NCBI GenBank assembly: GCA_000934665.2
Contig: KZ538285.1
Span: 62,001 to 88,440, forward strand
DNA length: 26,440 nucleotides
Direction of reading: 5' to 3'
Source of the DNA: Catajapyx aquilonaris
Lineage: Eukaryota
Shown here in pieces: positions 10,740 through 22,117 of this stretch (positions are counted from its first letter, which is position 1; the number at the start of each line of letters is the position of its first letter). A program made the position numbers and the translations under genes. The notes under the pieces were generated by a model. The model worked only from the letters and a program-made list of their open reading frames with translations. It did no database searches and was not told where the DNA came from.

Positions 10740-13060
10740 ATTCAACAATAGCAACTTTTCTAGTGATATTACAGGCCCACGGATTTGCCATTTTCAATTT
10801 ACATGCATTACTCAGGGTGTGTAAAATCATTATCTTGGCTTTCCATCAAAGTGCTAAATTAATGATGAATTTCGCCGTTTTTTTCCTACGTAGAGAAAAA
10901 AAAGACCAAATTAAATGCGTTTCAGTTTCCGTTAGGTTGTGTTAACTGGCATGATTCTACATGGTTATTCCCTCCAGCTGTCCAATTTTGGAAAAGCATA
11001 AAGCCCAGCAGTATAGGCTTAGGTTATCAAAATAATGTAAAATCTGCAGCTTTGACTGTAAAATTATTCAACCGCGTAGCCTCCGCCAAATCCTTTCCCT
11101 GAAAGCGTTCATCCCCAGTATTTCATGTTATTATTCAGCCCACTTTTCAAAGATTACCCGCCAGTTAAAAAAAAACTCAAAAAAAAACACTTTCCCCCTC
11201 CATTTAGGCTGCAGAAGAAAATTGCTTCTCTTTGATACCACAAAAAGTTACCTAAACACACCTTCCTGCAGTAGCACTGCCAGCGTATTAAACAGGGTTA
11301 AACCACGGCCATCTATCAAAGCAAAAGTCTGCCCAACTTCCTCCATCACGAACAATATGATTCCAATCGATGTTTTCCTAGGAAATTGCTGCACCAATTT
11401 CCTTCTGGGGAGAAAAAGAGAGAGGGGAAAAAAATCAAGGCGCTTCTACTTCTTCCAGCTTTGGGTGTCCCCCCTCCCATCAACAGAAAGGAGATTCGGA
11501 CCCCCAAAAACCTGCTCCTTATTGGAAAGTTTTCCTCCGAATTAACAATAAAGAGCCTCCGAATTTCCAGGCGTAAATGTCAAAGAGAAACGAATGACGG
11601 TTGGGGAGGACGAATAGTGAAGAAAAGGAACTTTTGAATTGAAAGGTTTTTCGTTGGGGGTTTGGAAAAAGGTTCTTGATACCCCCCGTGACTTGTAATC
11701 AGTTACGCAACACCACTCTCAAAATGCCCGCCGCAGCCGCCGGATTGCAATCAGTAGATAGGCCCAATCAAATCCAGTCCTTTTGTTCAGTCCTGGCCAA
11801 TGATTGACAGTGGTGGTTCCGTGAGAAATCGCCAGATATGTGCATGTTTTATGATCGTTTCCAAAAAGTTGAATGAAAATGGGGCTCAGTTGAGTGATGA
11901 ATAGAAATGTGCGGGTTATCCGTCACAAACTGTCAATAAATCCTGACCAAAACAGCATATTGCATTAAATTGCACCAGTCTCTTTGAATAATAGGCTCAG
12001 CTTTGAATAATTCCCAGAAAGTTGCGCGGAGGCCAACTCAAGCTTTGACTTGCAGAACTGTGCAAGAAAAGTTCCCAGTATTATTATTTTTTGAACGAAT
12101 TAACTGAAATTCATTCCTACCGTTTTGCTTACAAAAGCAATTGTTGATTTTGGAGCATTATTCGACAATTTGAATTTTAAACGTGAACCATAAGTCAGGA
12201 CTTGCGACCACTTCTCACACTGCCCTGGGCACACCGAAAATGTGACACCACAAATATTATTCCCCCTCTTCCTCCCTTGAAATATAAATGGATGAGTTGT
12301 GCACGGGAAGGAAGCAGGCGGTCCCCAGCATCGTTACCCTAACTTAATTTCGCATAAAGTTTGTCGCGGATTATTTCGCGCGTGGCAAGGGAAGAGCCGC
12401 CATATCGAACGCTGTTGGGCGGCCCCCGCTTATTATTAGACCCACTCCAGATGGCAGGTGATGATTAGGTTCTTTACGAGTGGCGACGCTCTGTAATCGG
12501 GGCTTAACTAGTGGACCACACTTGTCCTTCTGGACACGACATAAAAAAGAAAGAGCCAGATAGGGCGCCCAAAAAAAAGGGATCCATTTGCTTAATCTCT
12601 GGTCGCGCCGCTGGGGGCGCGCGTGTCTTGCATGCGCGCGCCTTAAGACGCGCAATTTCTCACTGACAACGGGGTTGCAGTAGTTAGATGTCAACTTGTC
12701 TAGGCACCGGTCAAGCTTCTCTGATTATCTCGTTTTGCAGGATATATAAAGGGGACCACTGTCAGGTTTTGAGACGTCAAGTTCAAACGGTGCCATGTCG
12801 TGTTCCGATTCATTCTAGCAAGGACTGCTGGGAATGCCAAGGACGACTAATGCGTTGCATCCGGTCCGGAGAAATCACAGTGGAATTTGCTGCAAACCTG
12901 ATCTGTCCTGGGTCCAAAAAACTGTTTGGAAACTGGCGAAATTGTATCGAAGCGTGTAATCTCGGTGGGATTTGCAGTGATTGGGCGCATGCGACATTGT
13001 GTCATTTTTGGTTCAACTTTTTCCCTGTCTGTAACCAGGCTGAACTCCAGATGCGGCATA
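10740..13060 (-). pseudogene. About five CTLD remnants (locus A)
   Basis: 10740-11050: ALCFSKIGQLEGI, KWQIR/ACNITRKV. 11150-11650: SIGI..QTFALIDG..LFN, GRCV. 11700-12110: YWE..AQFCKS, FWSGF, TCTYL, WAY/TDC. 12130-12700: LSFLCR..RLQSVATRKE, ICGV..EKWS..AFV. 12735-13060: CNAL..PLYISCK. Confidence 0.6.
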
Positions 13061-13120
13061 TTTTAAATCGTTAATTAATAATGCAGCAAAAATGCTAAAT
13101 ATGTGGGTGGTGGAAACTAC

Positions 13121-13655
13121 CTGAATGAGTTTGTAAACGCTGCGACCTCGACATTGCTACATTGCAGGTGAATGAACCTTTCTCCACCCTAGTCGCGCAG
13201 CTATTTCTGCATCGCACTTCCTCCCATTTTTGAAAATGGTCGCGACTTCCCATTTTGTCACATGAGTTACACCCCGTTCCTTTGGCCGTAAACCCTTCCG
13301 GATACTTTGAAAGCCAGCAACCGTGTCGTCTTGTCCCTTCCGCTACGTGCTCGTTATTTGTCATGCTTAGAGCCAAGAAAGCCCCAAGTCCAAGTCAACA
13401 AGACGGCACTCGATCTATTCCCTCCTCCCGCAATCTCTACCGGGGCTTTAAAAGTCATCAATTAAAATAATCCCCACGAGTCGGGAGATCGATGGCAGGA
13501 AAAGGCTTGCCGGTTTCTGATCGAAACCCAAGGAAAAGGTTGATAACCCAGCAGACTTTAATTGATGAACGAGATGTGCCATGGACTCCCTCCCCAGCAG
13601 TAGCAAAACCAGAGGACGCTTTTGCACCAGGGGGTGGAAAAGTCTTTTCCACCCG
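13121..13655 (-). pseudogene. Single-exon CTLD remnant (locus A)
   Basis: Acceptor tgtcttag| and donor |gtagtt. TPWCKSVLWFCYCWGGSPW, then after one frameshift KVC...SC*LGL...CWLSKYPEG...GC...QKWEEVRC...SFTCN. All CTLD landmarks are in order. Confidence 0.8.
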
Positions 13656-14135
13656 CTAAGACAGGTAGTTAATGTGCGTCAACCCGACTTGACGTGCCAT
13701 TAGTTGCCAACCTCTTGGGGTGATAAGCTCAAGACTTTGATCCGGGGCATACGCTTATTGATTTCAAACCCTGCCTGCGGATGACCTCTGGGTGTCGACT
13801 TGGCCGGAACACTCGCTCTATCTTCCTTCAACATTGGTCTCTGCGGCGCAGTGACAGCGTCCTTTTTATCCCCTCTCCACCCACTTTTAATTCCGGGGAC
13901 TTGATGCGCCTTACCTGCTCTTGGGGACTTTAATCTGATTAGTTGACTCCTATTGATTTCCCCAAGCCAGTGCAAGTCATGATTGTAATCAACTCATTTT
14001 GGGTTATCCGAGATGTGGCGTGGAGGGAAAGAGTTCTGGGTCAGCGTCAAGGGGGTGCCGCAGACCCAGGCGGGAGATCAATCGTCATTCTCCATTGCAT
14101 GATATCGACAAGCAAGTGGAGAATGCATTACTCAC

Positions 14136-14315
14136 CTATACCTGGGTAAGAATAGGGGATGCTTGGGTCCAATGCGCAGGTGCAAGGGCAGTAGAGATGG
14201 CGGGGGCAAATTTGATTATTTGCGATATTACAATAGTGGTGCTGGAATCCCCCCACAGAGCGGCAGTTATTGTCGGAGCCATTCGCAGGACATTTTATAA
14301 AGCACCGGACATCCC
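14136..14315 (-). other. Small Cys-rich (ShK-toxin-like) coding module embedded in locus A
   Basis: Open frame CFIKCPANGSDNNCRSVGGFQHHYCNIANNQICPRHLYCPCTCALDPSIPYSYPGI ending at a phase-1 GTGAGT donor (14135-14130). The C..D..C...C...CP.TC spacing resembles ShKT, but the terminal Cys pattern differs. Confidence 0.5.
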
Positions 14316-14342
14316 CCAAAAATGGCGCCGGGCGTAATATGC

Positions 14343-16255
14343 TTAATCAACTAATGGTCTACACACAAACTCTGGGCGATTATGCCCATAATGGTGGGCT
14401 GCTTCACCAAAACGCAGTTTTATGGCGACGGCTTCATCGCCCACTGCCGACTCCGCTTCCAACCATAATGAAGCTCCCGGCCCTTCCCAACAGCCGGGAG
14501 AACAATTAGGCAACACACCAATAAAGAAGGCCTTCAACATTTTTCGGGGGATGGCTACGGTGGCGGTGTACAGATATGACAGTGCCTTTTGGCAGTTGCT
14601 ACACGCCACCGGATATTAGCAGTCAAGGGTGAGCTGGCCATTGTTACTGTTTGGGTCGTCTAGAGCCAGCCCTCCCCAACAATATTGGCCCTTTTGTAGC
14701 TATACAATGGCCATTACCGCTATTACAGCACATGGCGGCGAGTGATGGAAAATCATACGCTAGGCCGGAAACAAAGGGGGTTTCTGGCTTTGGCCCGGCC
14801 AAAAACCCTCCTCGCAGAGAGAAATATTGTGCCTTTTCACAAAACTGTAATTGGTTCCTTCTAAAGCGAAATTATTCCTGATATGACTTGTCTTGAGAAG
14901 CTGCGGAAGGCAAACCCTTTGAAAAAGCCTCCCCTTTCGCCTGAAGGCGTCTGTATAAGCCCAGCGACGGAAATGAGAATATGAAAAGCTTCGACGGGAT
15001 GAATTAGTTCCATTTACGAGAGAAAGCGGCACATGTTATTAAGTGGCAAAGTCTTCTTGGGGGGTAAGGAGGGGAATGGAAGATTCCAGTCCCAGAGAAG
15101 AGGAACCGGACTTTATCACCCCCAAGATTACTCCCAGTTTTGGGACTGCTGCTAGACCTAGGCTCCGCAACTCTCCGAGTGTAAATCCTCCAGATTAGTT
15201 GGGATGGCAACAATAGACCGCCTGCATAATGAAACCTGTACGCCTGAATTTAGATTTACAATGCGTTTGCTTGGCTGGGGTATATCATTCTGCAAAGAAG
15301 CAATTCTGCAGGCTTTTGTTTGGGGGAGGGGAGGGGAGGGGGAGAGTTTGGGCTGAGAAAAGGACTTGAAGAAAACGAATCCCGGTTCCAGGAGGCCCAT
15401 CTGTAGGATCCAGATTAGCCAGCCAATAAAAGGACTAATCAGAGGAGCGCAACTGTTACCAGGACTAACTTCCTCGCTTAGGTTTGCCATCAAAAAGAAA
15501 CAGACCGACTGACACACACACACAGTCCGAGCCAATTTCGGACAAAAAACCTACGATACTAGGATATAAGCATGCATGCACTAGGCTCGTGTCATGGACA
15601 AAAAAATGAGCTGGACGCGATCAATCACACTCCAGGAAAAGTAAGGAACGTTGAGTCACGGAATCAATCATGGAAGCAATGATTCTCATAAATAGTCACT
15701 GCGTGAGTTATATATCCCGTTTAGCCAATCTGTCAAGAACGCACACTATTACTGCTTGGGTGGGGAGTATTAATGGCATTAGTGTGAACTGGAACAAAAA
15801 AATTAATTCCCAACTAAAATTTGCTTTGGAGCGATCAATCTTAATTTCTGTCTATCAAGCTCAACAAGGACCTGCTGCCTAAACTTTTGACGCAAATTCG
15901 GGACATGGCATGACGTGCCACGATCCCATATGTCAAGATGAGCCATGTGACACGAGCCGCCATTGTTATCGCAAAGACAGATCTGGCACGATTTGTTTGA
16001 ACATACCCGGGGCTGAAAGTAACAGGGTCATTGTAATGTAGTTTCATTGTTCGCCTCGAGAGTATTCCATAGGGCAATCAACGAAACGCACATGTTTTTC
16101 CTACTGTTCCATAAAAGTGTACGGCTGGATTTTACGGCCAGTTCTACATTCCGGAAGTGGATAGTAATGGCAACCAAGTGCGGCGTAAATTATTTATTTG
16201 TCGTTCCTAGTTGTAACGTGTTCATTCATTCCGTACCAGGTTGGCTGTCACTTTA
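14343..16255 (-). pseudogene. Four CTLD remnants (locus A)
   Basis: 14343-14878: EGTNYSFV, SLAAM, YCWGGL, PVACSNC (PV.YSNW equivalent), WCVA, RPEFVCR. 14900-15400: KAC..RIVNLNS, TCAAF, RWAYTD..RVC. 15410-15860: FSWE, SDCVCV, NSC..PFIG. 15880-16255: TWYGMNEH, DPVTFS, TW..RICVK. Confidence 0.65.
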
Positions 16256-16299
16256 AGCTAGCAGACTTCACCAGACGGACTATTTTAATATCCTGAGTA

Positions 16300-18318
16300 C
16301 GTATGCAGCGTTAATGTTGGGAATTTGGGAGATCTCTCCCCCATTGCATTAGGCAGATTATTATTAAATCATCCATTTTCGGACCGGACTGTTTGTTCAG
16401 GGCACCCCAACAGTATGCTAAAGACTGTCCATTCCCAGACAAAGCGTCGACCTTTCTTCACCTTTCCACAACTCTCCCCTTCACCAAACTCTGTCCACTC
16501 TAATCCTCATTGCATTAATCCTCATTAATTTACAACTCTGGAACAGCTTAACTCAAACTTTACGGTAGCCACGGGGCGGCAGCAGGCTGGAAGTGCGAAG
16601 AAGAGAAAAAATATCGGATCAACTGCAGAAGATTTTGATTTGTGGCCAGGGAAAGCTCCCACCTTTCTATCATCATCAGTTGGTGGCATCTTAACGTCTT
16701 GAACAGCTCCAAAATCAAGACTATGATTTACTCTGCTCAGAGCCTGAGTTTGACACCCTATTTTTTCTATTAGCACGTGGCTGAAAGAGGTGTGAGGTGG
16801 CCACAACCCCAAGAGATCGCTCAGGTTCTGTAAAATGGCATCTCGACACGCGAGCATTGAGGAAGCCCATTCATTATCATAATTTGATCTGCACTGACTC
16901 CCCTCGTCCAGTAGATTACTAGGGGGGGGGGGGATGAAAAAGCCTTCTGATGGTTTCTTGAGCCGCCATTTTGACTAGGCCTGTTCTCCACATCCTCCCA
17001 AGGATCCAACGGCGCCTGCAGCGTGAAAGGTCAGGGATCCCTTTGCTACACCATTTTTGGTGGGTTCTGCTAATGTGTTTGGGTTTGCCAGCCCAGCCGT
17101 TCCTAGCTTAGTGAACAGGATGCATTGGTTTCCGCGGCGGCGCCTTCAAGACAAAGACGCTTCCCGCCCTTTTACCTTTTCTCCCCCCTTTCCAGCGGGC
17201 GCCCTAGCTAGGGACGGCCTGAGTACTTTTCGGTTACAATGAGAGAGCTTGTGAGGAGGAGGAAACCCTCTGGAGGATTCTGGCATCTTCTCTTTCCCCA
17301 CCATTTTGCAGATGGAGACTCATCAAAGTTGCAGCTTTTGCTATTAAATTCTGCAACTGGCCCAGCGGTGTGGTGTAGGTCGATACGGTGGCTTTAATAT
17401 TTTGCGCCATATGCTTCCCTTTCCACGACTATTTATTTATTACGTTAGGTTCCTGATACCCCTGTCTCTTGAGAGATTTAGCTTGTGGCGCCACGTGCTC
17501 TTGCCTCGTTTCAACTTTTATGATCTGCCACCTGTCTTTTTTTCTCATTAAATCGGCGCCGAAGGAAGTCTTGTTCCCGCCCTCCTTTTAAATTATTTTG
17601 CGGAGGAGCGGTGCCAAAATGCGATAGTATCGTTCCCGTGTCGATTTTTTATTGCCGGCTACTATAATATGCGGCGGATGGCACGATAAGTGCCGAGGAT
17701 GTCAAGCCCATGTAGTCACTCCTGGAAGCGGCAATTTGCAAATCGACATTGTGGACATCATGGCAGTGATGGAAGAAAATAATGATTGCGGTATTATTTT
17801 GTCAAACTAGCTGTCGCAACGATACTACTTTTTCGCTTATTATAATATACCATATAACACCTGCTGCAATGTGCTAAGTGAGAATTCCAAATGTACCGTA
17901 TGTTTTTTTCCGGAGCAGTAATTTTCAGATCGGCATTTTGGTCAGCAACGGCAGTTGAAACGAGACGAATACCCCGCAAAGATGTGAGTGGAAAAATAAA
18001 TCTCTGTCGGAGGAGCACAACAAAAACAAACGCTCCGGATTCTGGCCTCGCGTTCAGACGCGCCATTTCCGCACGATGGAATTCCTAAAGGAGCCCTTTT
18101 TTCGCGAAGAAAGCTCGGTGGGCTTTTCTTTGTAAGAATGTGGAGCTTGAGGGTGAGGACCCGCTCGTGACTGTCATAAGAATTTCCAACAGTCCCGGTG
18201 AGCGACAGCGACTTAAGAATGCGATCGAAGCGACTAACGAGGCCTCTGACGGGCCTGCAACGTCTAGTACTGGGGATAACGACGTTGTCCCCCTCTCCCC
18301 CTTCATTTTTTTTGTCTC
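16300..18318 (-). pseudogene. Four CTLD remnants (locus A)
   Basis: 16300-17015: GSQCRSNYDNEWASSMLACR, LSRVNHS. 17050-17450: ATLMSLH, RWKGGEKV, NQCILF. 17480-17890: SRCYMVYYNKRKS, YMGL, RWQI. 17890-18318: FLSRCRSPG..LMTVTS, RV*TRG, LCGVF, RYIW. Confidence 0.6.
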
Positions 18319-18339
18319 TTAAAATCAGTCTTCAACGTG

Positions 18340-20112
18340 CACTTGGCAAACACAATTGCCTCATGTTGCAGGCAATCTCATTGTGCAGGTGCTGCTCCGT
18401 TTGAAGTTGCAGAGACGCGCGCTCCAAAGGCGATAATCTTATTTGCATTGAAAAAGCAACCCCCTCAGCCTATACCGCTTACTCCAAGCAGAAAGTTGCG
18501 TGTGGCCGGTACCTTGTTAACCTATCACCAGCGGACAAAACGCTGATCAATTCCAAACACTGACACGCATCTGGGTAAACCTCCCCTAACCCGACCGGTT
18601 ATCCGGAAATTAAGCAGAGGGCAAGATGGTGGCTATAAAGTAAAATATATGCAGCTTCTCCTAATTAGGGTTTCAGCTGGAGGTAGTGAATTAGAACGGA
18701 CAGAAGCAGATAAGTCGGACAAGAACATTGCGCCGGGATTGAGGGAGGGGGACCTGGAGTAAAGAGGCGGCCATAAAACTTGTTTCATCAGGTAAAATGT
18801 GGACAAATCGAACGTGTGCCTCGTGTAATACAACATGCGATGAGGAGGAGTCCCTACATTTTATCCCCCCCACCCTACTATACCTTTCCTCCACCAACAG
18901 GCGGCCCGAACCTACACAGATTGTATTTACGATTATTATTTCACGCAAAGCTGGGGGGCCAGATAAAGTATTTGGCTGGGTGGTATGGTGGGTGGTGTAG
19001 GTGGGTGCTCAGTCACGAAAACAATAACGATGTGAGAAAGGGGCTGAGGTGACGTGTGAAGGGGGCGCCGGTGAAGAATGAGCCTGGGGCCTGATCAATG
19101 GGCGCCAGAAAAAGCCCTTCCTCTTTCCTTTGAAAAATCCCTCTGACACGCCTTCATCTTCCCTTGCCACTAATGTACCTAACAGGCGCCGAAATATCAA
19201 TCCATGGACAAGAACCATGCCAAGCCACACACATTGCCTCCAGGTTATTGTCAGGTACGGTTTTTTACTGGTAGACTATCATCACGTGTCTTGATCGTAA
19301 AAGACAAGACCCTGAGTGTTCACAAGTTGAGAAGTTGTTTCATCCGCATTCTCAGCCACACACATGGCGGAATCTAGCGTATGTGAGTGTGTAGAGCGAC
19401 TCCATCAGCAGGGCTCTTTTCCAAGTTCCTTCATGGGGGACATGACCATCCAAGAAGCCCTAACTCTCCCGTTTTACGACTCCTTTTTTCGCCACCTGGT
19501 GCCTCCTTGGAGGAGATGCGGATCGGCAAGAAAGTAGACACGCCCTGCTGGGACTTCACAATATTTACAGTACACGAGGACTCTGCCAAATTCTCGCACC
19601 GGCGTAAAAGCAGGGGTGCTGAGCGTTTAAACACCTCGATAAACTTTCCCCCGGAAGAGCAAACACTGCGATTGTTTCTATCTATCCGCTGCGCTTCACA
19701 TTAGCACTTTCCGAGTCATTCATCTTATTAATCGTCCCCCATCTGGCGCAATCAATAGCAAGCAATCGGCTCCCAGGCGCGGAAACTCTCCAATTCCCTC
19801 CAACTCGCTTTTTTTTCTCGCTTTTTTTCGGATTCGGGAGTTCAATTTCCGCCTGGAAATAACTCGGCCGGACGAGCACTCGATTGACATCGCAGACCCC
19901 CTTCCACTAGTGTTCCAATGCCGATGGGCATTTCCAGGCCTAATGTGGCTCTCATCCTCAATTCCGTGGGACACTTTGCACGCTAAATTTATTTTATTAC
20001 CTGCTAAAAACGGCCGCTGGTAATGGCCTACGGCTGTCTTAAGTCAGGTGGCACTGTTGACACTTTGTCGCCTGTATCTACTGAAGCTCTGTGAGAATGC
20101 ACGAACGTGAGC
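18340..20112 (-). pseudogene. First four CTLD remnants of locus A
   Basis: 19690-20112: AT*LKTA, NLAC, GNWRVSAP..DCA..NKMND. 19290-19690: RCENL..VKSQQ, LDGHVP..TWKR, MCVA. 18830-19280: ITWRQ, FFWRPL, TQPN, ICV, IKC. 18340-18850: FYLMKQVLW, GC, CVCQ. Confidence 0.6.
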
Positions 20113-20251
20113 CTGCAGATTTTTACTCTGATTAAACTTCGAGATTTTATTGGACAAAAAAAAATCCAAGTGCTAAGTGCACATTTTTTATACATTTTAG
20201 AGCACCAAAGAATTAGCAAACAATAATGAGAGTTAGGTAGCCTATATGCAT

Positions 20252-20566
20252 ACTGTTTGTAGGCCTATACGTAGAATGGAAAGTTTATCGCCCATTTTAG
20301 GGTAGATTTTTGTTCCTCATATTTCAACTTTCTGCTGAAATTATACACATCCACTCAGGTATGTGACACATACTGAAATGTCCTTCTCTCCATTGTGCTC
20401 AAATTACCACTGATGTACTGTAGTCTACCAGGGTCGTGTTGAATTAATGGCAGTCTGGAAAAGTTTTCACGGCCTATTGCGATACCGAGAAATGAGACGA
20501 AATTTACAGATCTACTATACAAGTGTAATAATTGAAATTTTTCACTCAGTTTGACTGATTTTCGGA
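20252..20566. promoter_or_regulatory. Putative bidirectional promoter interval between divergent loci A and B
   Basis: AT-rich gap of about 315 bp between two signal-peptide-like ATGs (20251 on -, 20567 on +). An initiator-like TCAGTT lies at 20546-20551, just before the + strand ATG. Both starts are inferred. Confidence 0.3.
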
Positions 20567-20745
20567 ATGAAATTACTGAAAACAAATAGTTTAGTCGCAC
20601 TACTCAGCCATGATTTGAGGGAATTAGCAGATAAACATCACTACCGGTACTCAAAAAGGTAACGTCCAATTTCAATATAAACTTGTGTAAAATATTGTGC
20701 AAATTGAGCCAAAAAGCACTCAAAATAGTATTTTCAAATGTACAG

Positions 20746-21260
20746 CAATGAAAAACTTTGATTGGGTTCCATCCATACCTGACGTATGATTTTAAAATAT
20801 GAAACAAATCGCCGGTCGAGCGATATTTACAAGTTCGAGTGATATGCATACACATACGTGGTATCCGACACCCTTACAAAACATCCCGTGCTCCGTTCAA
20901 ATCACGCACTGAGGTGCATTACGGACCCCATTCATTATTATCGGTCGGCCCAGCACAACAATACATCTTTGCTCACAGGAAACGAGCCCACATTCGAAAG
21001 TGAGAAGAACAAACTAATCACTCGATTCCAGGCGCCGCCAAATTGGGCCGAGTTTATCCCCCCTTTGGAGCAAGTGCAGGAGCCTTTTTCTTTCCACACC
21101 AGACCAGGCTTGCAGATTTATTCCTGCGTGAATTCCCGGCTCGCATGCGAGAGCATCCGACTGTGTTTATCACGCAGCAGGAACGTTTGGGACCGAACCA
21201 AAAGGGTTTCTCTTTTTGCTTGTGGCAGGCACGGATTCACACAATACAGAATCGCTACCG
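20746..21260 (+). pseudogene. First CTLD exon of locus B
   Basis: HTWY..IPC, then PNWAEFIP...YSCVN...NVWDRTKRVSLFAC (in ORF 20858..21337). Donor accg|gtaaaa at 21261. Confidence 0.6.
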
Positions 21261-22117
21261 GTAAAAAAAAAACTTTATATATCTATCCGCCAGTCATTCT
21301 TGGTACTATAGGTATGTCTTCCTTAAAGCAACATTGAAGATCGAGTTAGATACATCCGCATCTGTCGAGTGGCTGCCTCGCTGCAGACTTGACGCCTAAT
21401 CGAAACGGAAAAGAACACACTTAGGAACACCGAATTCCCATTATGCATTCAACGAGGCATTAGCGAATATACCCAAGCGGAATGAAGCCTTCCTACCCCC
21501 CTCTTCGCAGCCTCCACAGTCACACTGGCAAGCGGATGACAACAGAAGCCTTTCCTTATTCCGTCAAATCCTCGCTGCGTCCCAGCATGCAAAGCAGATC
21601 TTCCTATTCTGAAGTGAAGGACGTAAGCTCTCAAAAACTGTCCCTTAGATTTTTCTGGGAGTCCATTTACATACTGGAGGCGAAGATCGGAAGGAGGACA
21701 TACTTATTGCAATGGCTAAATTTATTCGTAGCTGAAATGTTGGTAATGAGTTCCTGCAACCAAGAGTTGGGCATACTGCATCCTTAGGGATCTGGATTTG
21801 GAGGATTCTTTTTTGCGGATCTTGAAACTGGATACATAAACAAGACTGTGAAGATCCTAATCTCATTTCGTATTTTCCGGCACGATGAACCCTGCTGTAT
21901 AAAAGGACTCTGGTGCACTATTTCCTGGATAAAGTATTAATTAAGGTCTTTTTTGTTGGCATATAATGCTGCTGCTATGTCAGGAGAATCTTATGGCTTA
22001 CCATCTTCGGTGGAAGTAATTTATGTAGGGAACAAGTACCTGGATCTTGCATCAAAGGAAATTCTCCAGACCCTTTGTTAAAAGGAATAGTATATACTTC
22101 TGGGATCTTGAAACTCA

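Larger units (their letters stand above)
5504..20251 (-). pseudogene. Locus A: giant degenerate poly-CTLD gene (or head-to-tail run of genes), about 28-30 tandem CTLDs plus one Cys-rich module
   Basis: Minus-strand translation gives CTLD motifs continuously, one unit per about 400-600 bp, separated only by short linkers or short introns (e.g. 10238-10305, 68 bp). A signal-peptide-like start MHIGYLTLII/LLILWCS (one frameshift) lies at 20251, and the first acceptor ctgcag at 20113. Cannot tell whether this is one gene or several. Confidence 0.75.

Noticed and set aside
11250..11400. Bacterial DUF262/GmrSD-like IDG motif (FALIDGRGLT) suggesting horizontal transfer
   Set aside because: Lacks DGQQR. 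It fits the CTLD F.W.DG motif with TGG changed to TTG, preceded by IGI and followed by CV.
12688..13074. Cys-rich 128-aa plus-strand ORF
   Set aside because: No recognisable Cys pattern, and it is antisense to a locus A CTLD half.
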